A stretch of 63,496 bases of DNA, counting the filler, from Licmophora abbreviata (Eukaryota), in NCBI GenBank assembly GCA_900291995.1. It is 12 parts of 12 records of this genome, joined end to end, with 100 filler letters (N's around TTAATTAATTAA, not from the genome) between each part and the next. Parts side by side here need not be neighbours in the genome. Positions count along the whole stretch, not along the records: positions 19,381 to 28,977 come from OLMU01000152.1; positions 29,078 to 34,941 come from OLMU01000155.1; 10 more parts are not named here. One strand, given 5' to 3'. This document shows, piece by piece, positions 25,290-34,918 of this stretch. The translations under genes were made by a program, and so were the position numbers. Position 1 is the first letter of the stretch, and every line of letters starts with the position of its first letter. The notes below the pieces were generated by a model, which did not search any database, was not told the DNA's origin, and saw nothing but the letters and a program-made list of their open reading frames with translations.

Positions 25290-27686
25290 ATGAAGATTGC
25301 CCAGAACAACATTGATCCACGACAACGACTTAGACTCCAAAAGACAATGTTACTGAACTCAGCGGCCAACCCCCCAGACGCCAGACCCAGGCGACTCGAG
25401 TCGGTGAAGAGACGGCCGAAATACTGCATGACTCGGCTCCAGGTGTGCCTGGCGATAGCTCAAGTTCTGATCTGTTGGAATACCGAATTTGCCCGTGCAT
25501 TTGCTCCTCAGTCCCGTCTTAGGAATGCAGCCTGTATCTCCAAGGCTTCCAGAATTGAATCTCACAGGCGATCCCAGACTCGACTGTGCTATCTCGTCAA
25601 CTTCGATTCCAACGACGCTTTCGAGATTCTCAACCTCAGTCCTTCACCGGGTCTCGACAAGAATGCGATCAAGAGAGCCTACAAGAAAATCGCTCTGAAT
25701 TATCACCCCGATATTGTTGTTACACAAAAAAGTAGCCAAGATGAAAAGAAATGCGCCAACGATCGATTTGCCAAGATCAACTGGGCGTACGAGACGCTCA
25801 TGGGGAAGCGAAAAGACTTGGCTCCGTCGGCGCCATCGGCTGCCACGGCTCCGTCGAAAGCACGGAGCGAGCACACACAGCCCCATGGACGTGCGACACG
25901 TACTGATGCATCCAATGGTAGAAAATCGGATGATGTGATGGATCGAAACCTCCGGACACTGTTGGAGACTGGAACACTTGAAGAAGTCGGAACAGAAATG
26001 CGCGATACCAACCTGGTTTCACAGCAGCTGTCGAGAAAGCTCTCCGACATTGAAGACGAGCTGACCATGATTCAGATGGACTTGCGGGTTGCTCTACGGT
26101 ATTTTGAGATTAAGGTTATGCAGGAGAAGGCTGCCGAACTACAGGCCCGTCGGGGCGCGGTTGAGGTATCCCTGACGAGGTCTCGCAATCGCCTCCAACT
26201 CCTCCAATCGAGATATACGGAGCTGATCTCGGCACGGGCTGGGGAGCACGGAGACGCGTCACAGAAGTCGACTCCGGCGAGCGGGACAGAGTCAGCGGCA
26301 ACTAATAAAGACTGGGTTGATACGGATGGCGATTGGAAGCATCAAGGGTTTGGATCTAGCGGAAGAGGTGGCCGAGGCAATCCCGGTCGGTCAGCTCGCC
26401 CGTCCACTTCGGAACATTCAAATGCGGCACCGTCCTCAGGTGGACGATCTTCACCCTTCTACTACACTGCGGGGTCGAATGCTGACGCGTCAACTTTCGA
26501 CAACTCGAACGGTCGCGCTCAGTCCCAGTCTGAGACTAACAGCGGTGGCGCGACACGAACGGCGTCAGGTGGGCAATCAACCAATAGCGGGTCAACGCCT
26601 CCTAGCTCGGTGTACTCCAGTCAGCAAAAATCTGCACAGTCGTCGCCGAGCAGCCAAAGCGCGACCGCGTCTTCAGGTCAACGAATTTCCACGGATCCGA
26701 AAACGTTTTGGTCCAACCATCCGGGGACGACCACGGCAGCTTCGGCAAACCCGCAAGGAACAAAGGCTGAACCATCGAATTTTTCATACGTCTATGCACA
26801 GAAGTCGAATGGCAGACAGTCGCCGCCGCGATCAGCCCGTGACCCTTTGGATCCTTCGCAACGACCCGAGGCGAAGTCTTGGTCCCCCTACTCGACGGCA
26901 AAGAGGCCAACCCCTCGCACATCCGGCACCAAGATGCCCCCACCTGGAGCGTCCACTGCTACTGAAAAGTCTACGTTTTGGTCCAAGTATACAGCGGCAT
27001 CGGCGACACCACCCTCGCACATGTCGAGCGAGGGTTCGACAGTGTCCAGGGATCAGGCGTCTTCTTTTTGGTCGGGCTACACTACAGCATCGGAGACACC
27101 ACGCCACCCGTCTTCGCAAACGCCGAGTCCTATATCTGGAGACCCCCCTAGGAAAGCTTCCGCAGCAGCTGAGCGTTCAACGTTTTGGTCCGGCTACTCG
27201 CCAGCCTCCGAGAAAAGACCTTCATCACACGCGCCAAATCCGATCTCGGCAGACCCTCCGCGAAGAAGCTCTACTGATCCATCACCTCTTTGGGCAGCCT
27301 ACATGAAAGCGCCACCTCCACCCTCACCACGCGCAAGCGGTTCTCCACCTACACCTTCAGGACCTAATACACAGCACGTTCAGCCATCTTCTTTCTGGTC
27401 CAACACGAACAGGCCGAACTCAGTAGAAACCCGATCCCCTCCGTCGCCAGCCCCTTCTGTAGCCGCGCGACGAGGCTCGACTCGGCCTTCCACGCTTTGG
27501 TCTGCCTACGCGAACAGCCCAGGCTCGTCGGCACGTGACCAATTTTGGTACGCAACTGACGCCACAGGTACACACCAAGCGCTTGAGGACGGATATCAAA
27601 GATTTCGGGAATTGAAGGTAGACGCGTCAAGGTTTAGGAGCCAATGGACTGGCCAATGGAAAACCTTGGGTCTGCAATACGATTAG
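25290..27686 (+). CDS. Plastid J-domain protein, paralogue 2, with long S/P/T-rich tail of FWSxY-like repeats (likely signal-peptide start at 25428)
   Basis: ARA-FAPQSRL, VNFDSNDAFEILNL, YHPD, DWKHQGFGSSGR and RELKVD are shared with paralogue 1. Confidence 0.8.
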   Translation: MKIAQNNIDPRQRLRLQKTMLLNSAANPPDARPRRLESVKRRPKYCMTRLQVCLAIAQVLICWNTEFARAFAPQSRLRNAACISKASRIESHRRSQTRLCYLVNFDSNDAFEILNLSPSPGLDKNAIKRAYKKIALNYHPDIVVTQKSSQDEKKCANDRFAKINWAYETLMGKRKDLAPSAPSAATAPSKARSEHTQPHGRATRTDASNGRKSDDVMDRNLRTLLETGTLEEVGTEMRDTNLVSQQLSRKLSDIEDELTMIQMDLRVALRYFEIKVMQEKAAELQARRGAVEVSLTRSRNRLQLLQSRYTELISARAGEHGDASQKSTPASGTESAATNKDWVDTDGDWKHQGFGSSGRGGRGNPGRSARPSTSEHSNAAPSSGGRSSPFYYTAGSNADASTFDNSNGRAQSQSETNSGGATRTASGGQSTNSGSTPPSSVYSSQQKSAQSSPSSQSATASSGQRISTDPKTFWSNHPGTTTAASANPQGTKAEPSNFSYVYAQKSNGRQSPPRSARDPLDPSQRPEAKSWSPYSTAKRPTPRTSGTKMPPPGASTATEKSTFWSKYTAASATPPSHMSSEGSTVSRDQASSFWSGYTTASETPRHPSSQTPSPISGDPPRKASAAAERSTFWSGYSPASEKRPSSHAPNPISADPPRRSSTDPSPLWAAYMKAPPPPSPRASGSPPTPSGPNTQHVQPSSFWSNTNRPNSVETRSPPSPAPSVAARRGSTRPSTLWSAYANSPGSSARDQFWYATDATGTHQALEDGYQRFRELKVDASRFRSQWTGQWKTLGLQYD

Positions 27687-27889
27687 TCTTACGGGAATCG
27701 TTCTCACAATATAACACACCAGCTAGCATAAGTTAGGTACACATTGAGTTGTTTTCGGATACAATTGCTCTCCTCTCTGGCATGTAAGAAACCATCATTC
27801 TTCTTCTCTCTCTCTCTAGATTGACACATCGCCTTTCTTGAATTTTGTTCGAGTCAGATTCACAGCCCCTTCCTAGCAGCAGTATATAT

Positions 27890-28095
27890 ATACGACGAGG
27901 CTGGGCCGTGGTCCGCCTTGACTACGCGAACAGCCCAGGCTCGCAGTTTGCGGCCAATACTGGTACGCAATTGACGCGACAGGCACACACGGAAAACTTT
28001 GGGTCTGCACTGAAGCCTATATCGTCGCGGCCATCGTTCATCATCTCGAATGACTTAGTATAGGTACACATTGAGTGAAATCCGAATATAATTGG
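27890..28095 (+). pseudogene. Degenerate duplicate of the 3' end and 3' flank of J-protein paralogue 2
   Basis: ctacgcgaacagcccaggctcg (27922 vs 27506), tggtacgcaa, aaaac[c/t]ttgggtctgca and taggtacacattgagt recur in the same order, with an internal deletion. Confidence 0.75.
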
Positions 28096-28124
28096 TGTAC
28101 TCTCTAGTCTTATACAGCTCCTAC

Positions 28125-28478
28125 CTATGCACCAGCTTCGACATTGCCTTTCTTGATTCTTGTTCGTCGAGTGAGCTTCAGATACCTCATTTGATCAGCG
28201 TCGCTCGATTCTTCCAAAGGCAATCGGCGCAACATGGCGAGCGTCTTGCGTGGCTTTGCAAGGTCACTAACCCAATCCGGATATTCGCCCCGCTCAATGG
28301 CGACAGGGGGGTCTTTTCCCTTGATGAAATTCAATCCTAGAATGGGAGTTCCAGGTTTCATTGCCAAGGCAGTTGATACCGTAGGGTGCACACAGGACGA
28401 TACCAAGCGGCGCCGCGCCTCAAGCGGACCAAGTTTTCTGGCGGAAGCAGCTTTCAATACGCGATTCATGCCTCTCAT
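28125..28478 (-). CDS. MRPL54: Mitochondrial ribosomal protein mL54
   Basis: GLNFIKGKDPPVAIERGEYPDWVSDL…RYLKLTRRTRIKKGN, with an Arg-rich presequence. Start codon uncertain. Confidence 0.8.
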   Translation of the reverse strand: MRGMNRVLKAASARKLGPLEARRRLVSSCVHPTVSTALAMKPGTPILGLNFIKGKDPPVAIERGEYPDWVSDLAKPRKTLAMLRRLPLEESSDADQMRYLKLTRRTRIKKGNVEAGA

Positions 28479-29077
28479 GCTCTCTAAAGCCAATTTGTTG
28501 AACCCACACTGTGCTGATAAAAGGAATCCGACGTAGTCTAGTGAGGAGAGGATTCGCTATAGGATCTGCGTTGCCGCGGCGTCGCTCGGCATCGGCTTTA
28601 TTGTGCGTGTTTGCGGCGTCTTTCGTCTGTTCGTCGCATGCGAACACTCCTCCCGATGAGATGTCATGGCGACGACCACACTCCATTCGATGCCATGCCG
28701 CTCGTCGCGCTGTGCGTTTCAGCACCATGCAAAGACCAACGGAATGTCATCGCTAATACTATACCGACCAGCAGTCGTTTGAGCAGAGTCTGGATGTGTA
28801 CAAGCCCGAAAAGCAGTATCAACAATCATCGGCAGAGGAAAACTTGCCACTTGTGCTAGTGGTCGGAAGTGCATGGCTTGGTCACCGCAGCATCATTTAT
28901 GCGGGGACCTCGTGGTGGAATTCGTCTGGCCCGAGGGCTTTCGCAGGACAAGGATGCGTCACTGTCTGTATTCGACGNNNNNNNNNNNNNNNNNNNNNNN
29001 NNNNNNNNNNNNNNNNNNNNNTTAATTAATTAANNNNNNNNNNNNNNNNNNNNNNNNNNNNNNNNNNNNNNNNNNNN

Positions 29078-29995
29078 ACGTTCCGACGCATGGGACCACA
29101 CCTTCCCTGGTCCATTTTTAACTGCTCCGCGTGTCGCCGTATAGTTCGCTGTACCTTTGCTCGAAGGCCACTGCGTACTCGAAACTTTGTGTCTTGAGAA
29201 AGTTGAAGCAGCTCGCCCGCTGTCCGATGTATGCGACCAGCTCGTTGACGGCCCATTGTTGACTGTGCGACTCGACGACTCCCTGGTAGCGCCGCCTTTT
29301 CTTGCGCTCCAGTGAGCTGACGCCGAGTGCCCAAAGCCGATATCCTGGGGGCAACGCACTGATGGTCCAGTATTCTTCCGCGCTCTCGGCCATTGTGAAG
29401 TTGGTCGGCAGTACGGCCAAGAGGACGATGGCTCGTTTGCTCCACCAGTTGACCACCATCCTTCTGATGTCTCTTCCTCGGATGGATCTGTAGTGAGAGT
29501 CTCGTAGGCCCAGTTGATTCTTGCAAACCGATCGTTTGCTAATCGTTTTTCCTCTTCGGAGCTGTGATTATCAAGCACGACATCAGGGTGAAACTTCATG
29601 GCCATTTTCTTGTAGGCGCTCTTGATGGCCTTCTTGTCGATTTGGCCGGGTGTTGGGCTAAGATTTAGGGTGTCGAGGGCATCGCTGACGTCGGGATTGA
29701 CGAGATAGTACAGTCGAGATGGCAATCGGATGGAGCGATATACACTGGGAAGTGAAGGAAGCTTTGTTCGGGGAGCATTCAATGGGCGTGGTTGGGGGCT
29801 AAAGGCGCGACCAACCTGACAGGAACAACAGAGAATGTGACAGAGCAGCACGAACGTCACTTGGAGCCGAATCATGGCATCGTTCGTGCGTTTTATACTT
29901 GATTCGAGTCTTTCCTCTCTTCGACAAACAAGGTTCCTAGCCATTTTGGGCGAATCATGCCCTGGTTGCCCCTGTCTCGGCGCGTTCTTCCTCAT
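29078..29995 (-). CDS. Plastid J-domain protein, paralogue 3 (3' end lost in gap; likely signal-peptide start at 29875)
   Basis: MIRLQVTFVLLCHILCC…VGRA-FSP and AYKKMAMKFHPD…NDRFARINWAYETL. Confidence 0.78.
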
Positions 29996-30471
29996 GGTCG
30001 GCACCGCATTGGAGGATTTGTAACGAATTGATCGATTGCCGATGGCAGTCAAGATCTCTCCGCTCGAGATCAGAATCACATACGTCATACTGCCAAATTG
30101 AATACAAAATAAATAATTGATATAAAGTTTCGAGCGTTTTGCCCTAAACAATCGTTTGAAATGATAGAACGACTCTTTATAAGCATCCTTAATCATGTAT
30201 AAGCTAATTATCGGCCGCGAGCGCGGCGTTCGTCAACAGCCCGATAGACGATCCCCCAATGAACATTACTCGTCGTTCAGGTAGCAAGACTATAAGATGA
30301 TACAGATACGATACGATTACTCATGCAAGAGGATACTTTTCAACCTAACCACGAGAAAGAGGAAAGCTTACTATCGATCGGCTTAAGATCATCCATCGCA
30401 CTCGTGTGCTACTCGTCGATGGAAGAAAGTAGGCAAACCATTGCACGCACAAAGATGTGTTGCTCTCAATC

Positions 30472-31557
30472 TCATTCTCCTTTAGAAGAATTGGATCGCC
30501 ACTCATCGATTTTCTGGCACATCTTGTCGGTTGAAGGTAGCTTGAATGCGATGGTTCGCTTTGAATAGAACAGATCATCAAGTTCGAGATTTTGAACAAT
30601 GTCGGAGAGGAGATGTCCGCGCTCGACCTGACAACCAATCTGGTTTTCGAGTCGCGTGAAGTGGACGTGAAAGTGGTAGAACTGGGGGTGATAATGAACA
30701 AAAACATGTAGCTGGTCACGGGCAACACCGTAGATGTCTTCGATGGCGACGGTTGCATCCTTCATCATGGAACGCAACATGGGCAAGTGCTTGCGCCGGA
30801 GGTCCCGCAAGGAATGAATCTCGCTGTCTTTAGCGATGGCGAGACAGTAGAGATCAACGATGGCGTTGTGATCAAACCACTCTTCTCGAGGAATTACGTT
30901 GGCATCTGGATGAGACCTCCACTTCGTGTCCACATTCAAGACGTATTCCTCCTTGTTCAACAGGAGCCGCTCCGTTTCCTTCGTACCATCAACAATGTTC
31001 TGGACCCAGGACAAGCTTCCAGTGTCCACAATAGATTGAATGAAAGGTCTTGCAACTGCGTCATACATCGTGGGAGTTTCTTCAATGAGAGTAAGTCCCG
31101 GTGCAGGAGTTGCACGCTGAATCTGTCGGTCAGATGCGGGGGAGATAAGCTCAACCTTGAAAGCGGGCGAACGCTTGGGACCAGCAGACGCGAACGACCC
31201 AAACATGAAAGACTGGACCGTTGTCACAAATCCACCAAAAATATCTCTCTTGGGCTCTGCGTCATAGTAGCTATACTCAGCGCCACTTTCACTTGTCAGC
31301 TGGAACACATGGCCTTGCAGAAAAGACACGATGGTCTTCGATACCTCTTCCGGGTTGTCACAGTTACGGTTCGGAGACAGAACCTCGCGGTGAGAAGGCA
31401 CGATCGTCAACTTCAACAATGACTTTTCCTCCCTTCGTTCATCGTTGTCTGTCGGAACAGAAAGCAAAATGGCTGCGTGCTGATCCGACAAACTCAACAC
31501 TTTCGCAGAACACCCCCGAGCCTGGAAAATGGAGGATGGAGACTGGACGTCGGACAT
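30472..31557 (-). CDS. DCPS: m7GpppX diphosphatase (scavenger decapping enzyme)
   Basis: LISPAS, ETPTMY, WVQNIVDGTKETER, SLRDLRRKHLPML and the HIT motif HYHPQFYHFHVHF. Confidence 0.92.
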   Translation of the reverse strand: MSDVQSPSSIFQARGCSAKVLSLSDQHAAILLSVPTDNDERREEKSLLKLTIVPSHREVLSPNRNCDNPEEVSKTIVSFLQGHVFQLTSESGAEYSYYDAEPKRDIFGGFVTTVQSFMFGSFASAGPKRSPAFKVELISPASDRQIQRATPAPGLTLIEETPTMYDAVARPFIQSIVDTGSLSWVQNIVDGTKETERLLLNKEEYVLNVDTKWRSHPDANVIPREEWFDHNAIVDLYCLAIAKDSEIHSLRDLRRKHLPMLRSMMKDATVAIEDIYGVARDQLHVFVHYHPQFYHFHVHFTRLENQIGCQVERGHLLSDIVQNLELDDLFYSKRTIAFKLPSTDKMCQKIDEWRSNSSKGE

Positions 31558-32193
31558 TCTAAACTTAATCAATATGGCGGGTTTATCTACGCAGTAATCT
31601 CTTGACAATTCAGCCAGTCTACGACAGCGGAATGCATCTAGAAGTGAGACCTGAACGATTTCGGCGTTCAAACCGCGCCGTAGATGAAGAAGACAACACC
31701 GGCCGCTATGACGATGAAGAGCTGCGATTCCAATCACCAGACACAAGTAGAGCGGGAAGTCAAGGTCCACACCGGTCCCACAATAGGAACGGTTGAAACG
31801 ATGAATGCTGTGTCAGGGCTATGTTCAAGCGAATTTTTGCTTTGAAAGGGCATCTATCATCTATCGAAATTTGGAAATTTCGACTTACACGTTTCAAGCT
31901 TTGCGAGCCCTCGTTCATCATGCGAGCTCTCTGACGCTCCCATATCACATTCACATATCATGCCGGCACGAACGTACTCCTACCTCTTTGTATTCGCACA
32001 GACCTTGGGCTATGGGCCTATTGCTCCCTTTCGGAAGAATTGTGCGGCTGTCATGCGAGATCTGAGATCTGCTTTTCAAAACCAGCACACCCCGCACAAA
32101 CGAAAGCCACACATTCACAGATCACAGACACGGGTTACCGGCATGACCCGACTGTTTCACTTGTTTCTTTCTGCTGAGCGTCCCTCCTACCTC

Positions 32194-33082
32194 ATGTTTG
32201 CTCGCTCGGTTCGCTCACAGCTTCGGGGTGGCCATACCCGTACCCACTTTTCAGGTAAACTGGCTCCGGCCTCAGTCCAGGCGCTGTCGAATTTGACAAC
32301 AGCTTCGAATGCGGCCAAAGATCCAACGGCTGTCGCCGCACAACGCGGCCAGTTCAGGAATCTTTCAAGTTTCCCGCCTTCCAGGGGCACCAGATATTTC
32401 CCTCAGTATAACGTGCCCGGCGAAACATGTATGCTTCAGATGAAAATCATCCCCCCTGCGTTTCGAGTGAACCGAGACAATTTGAGTGTCGACCCTGCGA
32501 AACGCGGCAGGATCCTGCTGGAGTTCACCCCGCGTCTTCCCGATGGGACGTTCGTGTGGTCCGATAACGTTCGATTCGCCTTGAGCGCGGAAGAGGTAGG
32601 CTTGATCTGCAACCAGCTTCCACATTATCCAGTGGAACTTACCCGCGAAATGCAGACGCAGGCGGATGAGCAGGCTGCCAACACCGACAACCCCGATAAG
32701 GTGTTCAAAGTATCTCCTGGGGAAGGCGGAACTGTCAGTTTCAAAGTCGACTTCGTCAAGGATGGCATCGGCGGTCAGCCGCCTGCACCGGGGCAGGAGG
32801 GAAAGGTAAGTTCTTTTTGAAGCGGTCTGCGGCTCGGGTGCAGTAAAGACGTTTCCAAGAACATCGCCTGACTGAGCAATTCACTGTTTGCACTTCCGGT
32901 TTCAGGGCGGGCCTCTTGAAATAGAAATTCAGCTTGGAGAGTTTGAGGTGATCTCATCCTTAATGAAGGAATCCATCCCTTCGCTCATCGGATGGTCACA
33001 GCTCGTGGAAAAAGCCATGGAGAACTCTGTGCAAGAAGCGATTGATGGTACCGGAGGCGGACGTCGTCCACCCCCATTCTAA
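32194..33082 (+). CDS. Whirly-domain ssDNA-binding protein, probably mitochondrial, 2 exons
   Basis: GRILLEFTP…FVWSDNVRFALSAEEVGLI…KVFKVSP…GEFEVISSLMKESIPSLIGW follows the Whirly pattern. Arg/Ser-rich presequence. Intron 32806-32905. Confidence 0.75.
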
Positions 33083-33467
33083 GAGCGAGCTGAAACTAAG
33101 TCACCAGCGCCCTGATGGAGAACGCCCGCCTTTTGCTTACAGCTACTAGGTCTAGATAAGTGTAACTGCACTCGACACGCGGCGAGTCAAACTCTGCTCA
33201 ATTAGGTCGTTTATGAGCACTGACACGGGCATGCTCTTGTCTTTGCGTGTATGTATGAAGAGATTTCGGCCGACGTAGACGTTCGAAAAAACGTGCGTTG
33301 CTAATGTGCTCTTCACGAACTCCAGCCAATCTATTGATTCTTGGCAATCGGTTATTACTAGATACTTCAAGCGTCGAGAAGCGAAGCACTCAATCCCCAT
33401 AGTTTAGATCTCCACACAGAAACTATACAGAAAACCCCACACTACAGTGAAGTGTAGACCAGGTTTA

Positions 33468-34522
33468 CTACTTTCCAGGAGGACTAAGGTCGACGTCTTC
33501 GGCTTCTTCGTAAAAATATTCGCGCGGAAGAGGAATGACGTAACGACTCGGTACTCGACGATGGGGAGTCCGGGCTTGCTCGTCTTCGTCGTCCTCAAAC
33601 TTCACAATGATTTCATGCACTAGCGGCGTGCTGGTATTGACCAGCTTCCACACGGGACTCTTGCTGACCTTGGCCCGATAAAAGGAGGTTGTCTCCGGGA
33701 AAATGGCCATGCACTCTTTGTTCTTGGGGAAGGAGCCTTCGGCACCTGTGGAGAGACGCATAACATGAGTCCACGGCAGACGAATCAATTTGGACGTATC
33801 GTCTTCGTCTTGTACGTCATACGTCTCTGTGTCGGGATAGAATCGTTGGACACTTGCAAGGATCCAGGAACCGTTCTCGTCAGTGCGTGTGACCTTGGCA
33901 GCCACTTGTTCACCAGGGCGTGCCGCAAACTTGGATCGACGACGCTTAATCTGAAGAGGTGTTGGGGCGCGTCCATCAAAGTATGACGTAGTTCGGGAGT
34001 AGTTTGTGGAGCCTCGTCCCGCATGATCAAGTCGTTCCAAAAAGCCCCCAATGGCAGCTTCCTCGTCAACTTCGAGGGACTCAAAGTGACGGGCGACGGC
34101 GACTGCCAATTCCGACGGTGGTGCCTCTGGACGAACCGAAACTCCTATAAGAAAAAGAGGAAAGGTTGTGAGGCAAACATTTGCCATGTCAAACAAGGGT
34201 GGAGAGCTGCACTTCGAGAGACTCTCGGGGGTCCAACGCTGCAGTTGGCAAACGACGACGGGGTGAACACAATCCGGAATGAATTACAGAAACGAAAAGC
34301 CAAGAAAGGGCCCCGATTACAGAAATAACACAATAGCAGGATATCCGTACCCCCAAACGCACCATGATGATCGATGTATCCCAGCAAGGTCAGTCCGGCA
34401 AGTTTGCGAAAGTCGAGACCAACGCCGCGTGGGTAAGATCGACTGTGCGTTCCCTTCTGCGTCTGGCGTCGCTGCTGCTTGCCGCTCACAGTTGGAGCAT
34501 TTCCGACAGGGACAGGAAACAT
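33468..34522 (-). CDS. SGF29: SGF29-type tandem Tudor protein with N-terminal SAP30 Sin3-binding-like domain, 2 exons
   Basis: GEQVAAKV…WILASV…YDVQDED…AIFPETTSFYRAKV…VKFEDDE (SGF29 Tudor). N-terminal LDFRKL…LAVAVARHFESLEVDEEAAIGGFL. Intron 34145-34362. Confidence 0.82.
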
Positions 34523-34918
34523 TAGAATGCAAGGATAGGAGCCACACGTTGGGGCAGGGGCGCAACGAGCGACAGTCAACAGCGGTGGGCCGCTCTTGTC
34601 GCTTGTCGGCATCAACGAGAGAGGAGTCAGTCGAGTCTCGCGTGAGTGATACCATGTACCTGGTACGTTGATTACACGTAGATTGCAGTACTAAAACCTT
34701 CTGATTTTTTGGGTACCAGCCTTTTTTAATAGAGAGCGTACCTCGCACCTGTCTCGCGCGACTATGGCTGAAAAGCGCGCATGGACGCCTCCCCAACACA
34801 GCCGCACTCTCAGCACGCACAACATCGAAAAGTCATTACCATCAGGTAATTTGGTTCTGTTTCGGTGGGTTGCATTTGCTTCGCAGTTGGCCGCGTGTCT
34901 GCAACAACAGATTGAAGC

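Noticed and set aside
4065..34522. ADA2 and the SGF29-like gene as a SAGA gene cluster
   Set aside because: They are about 27 kb and several gaps apart, with many unrelated genes between them.
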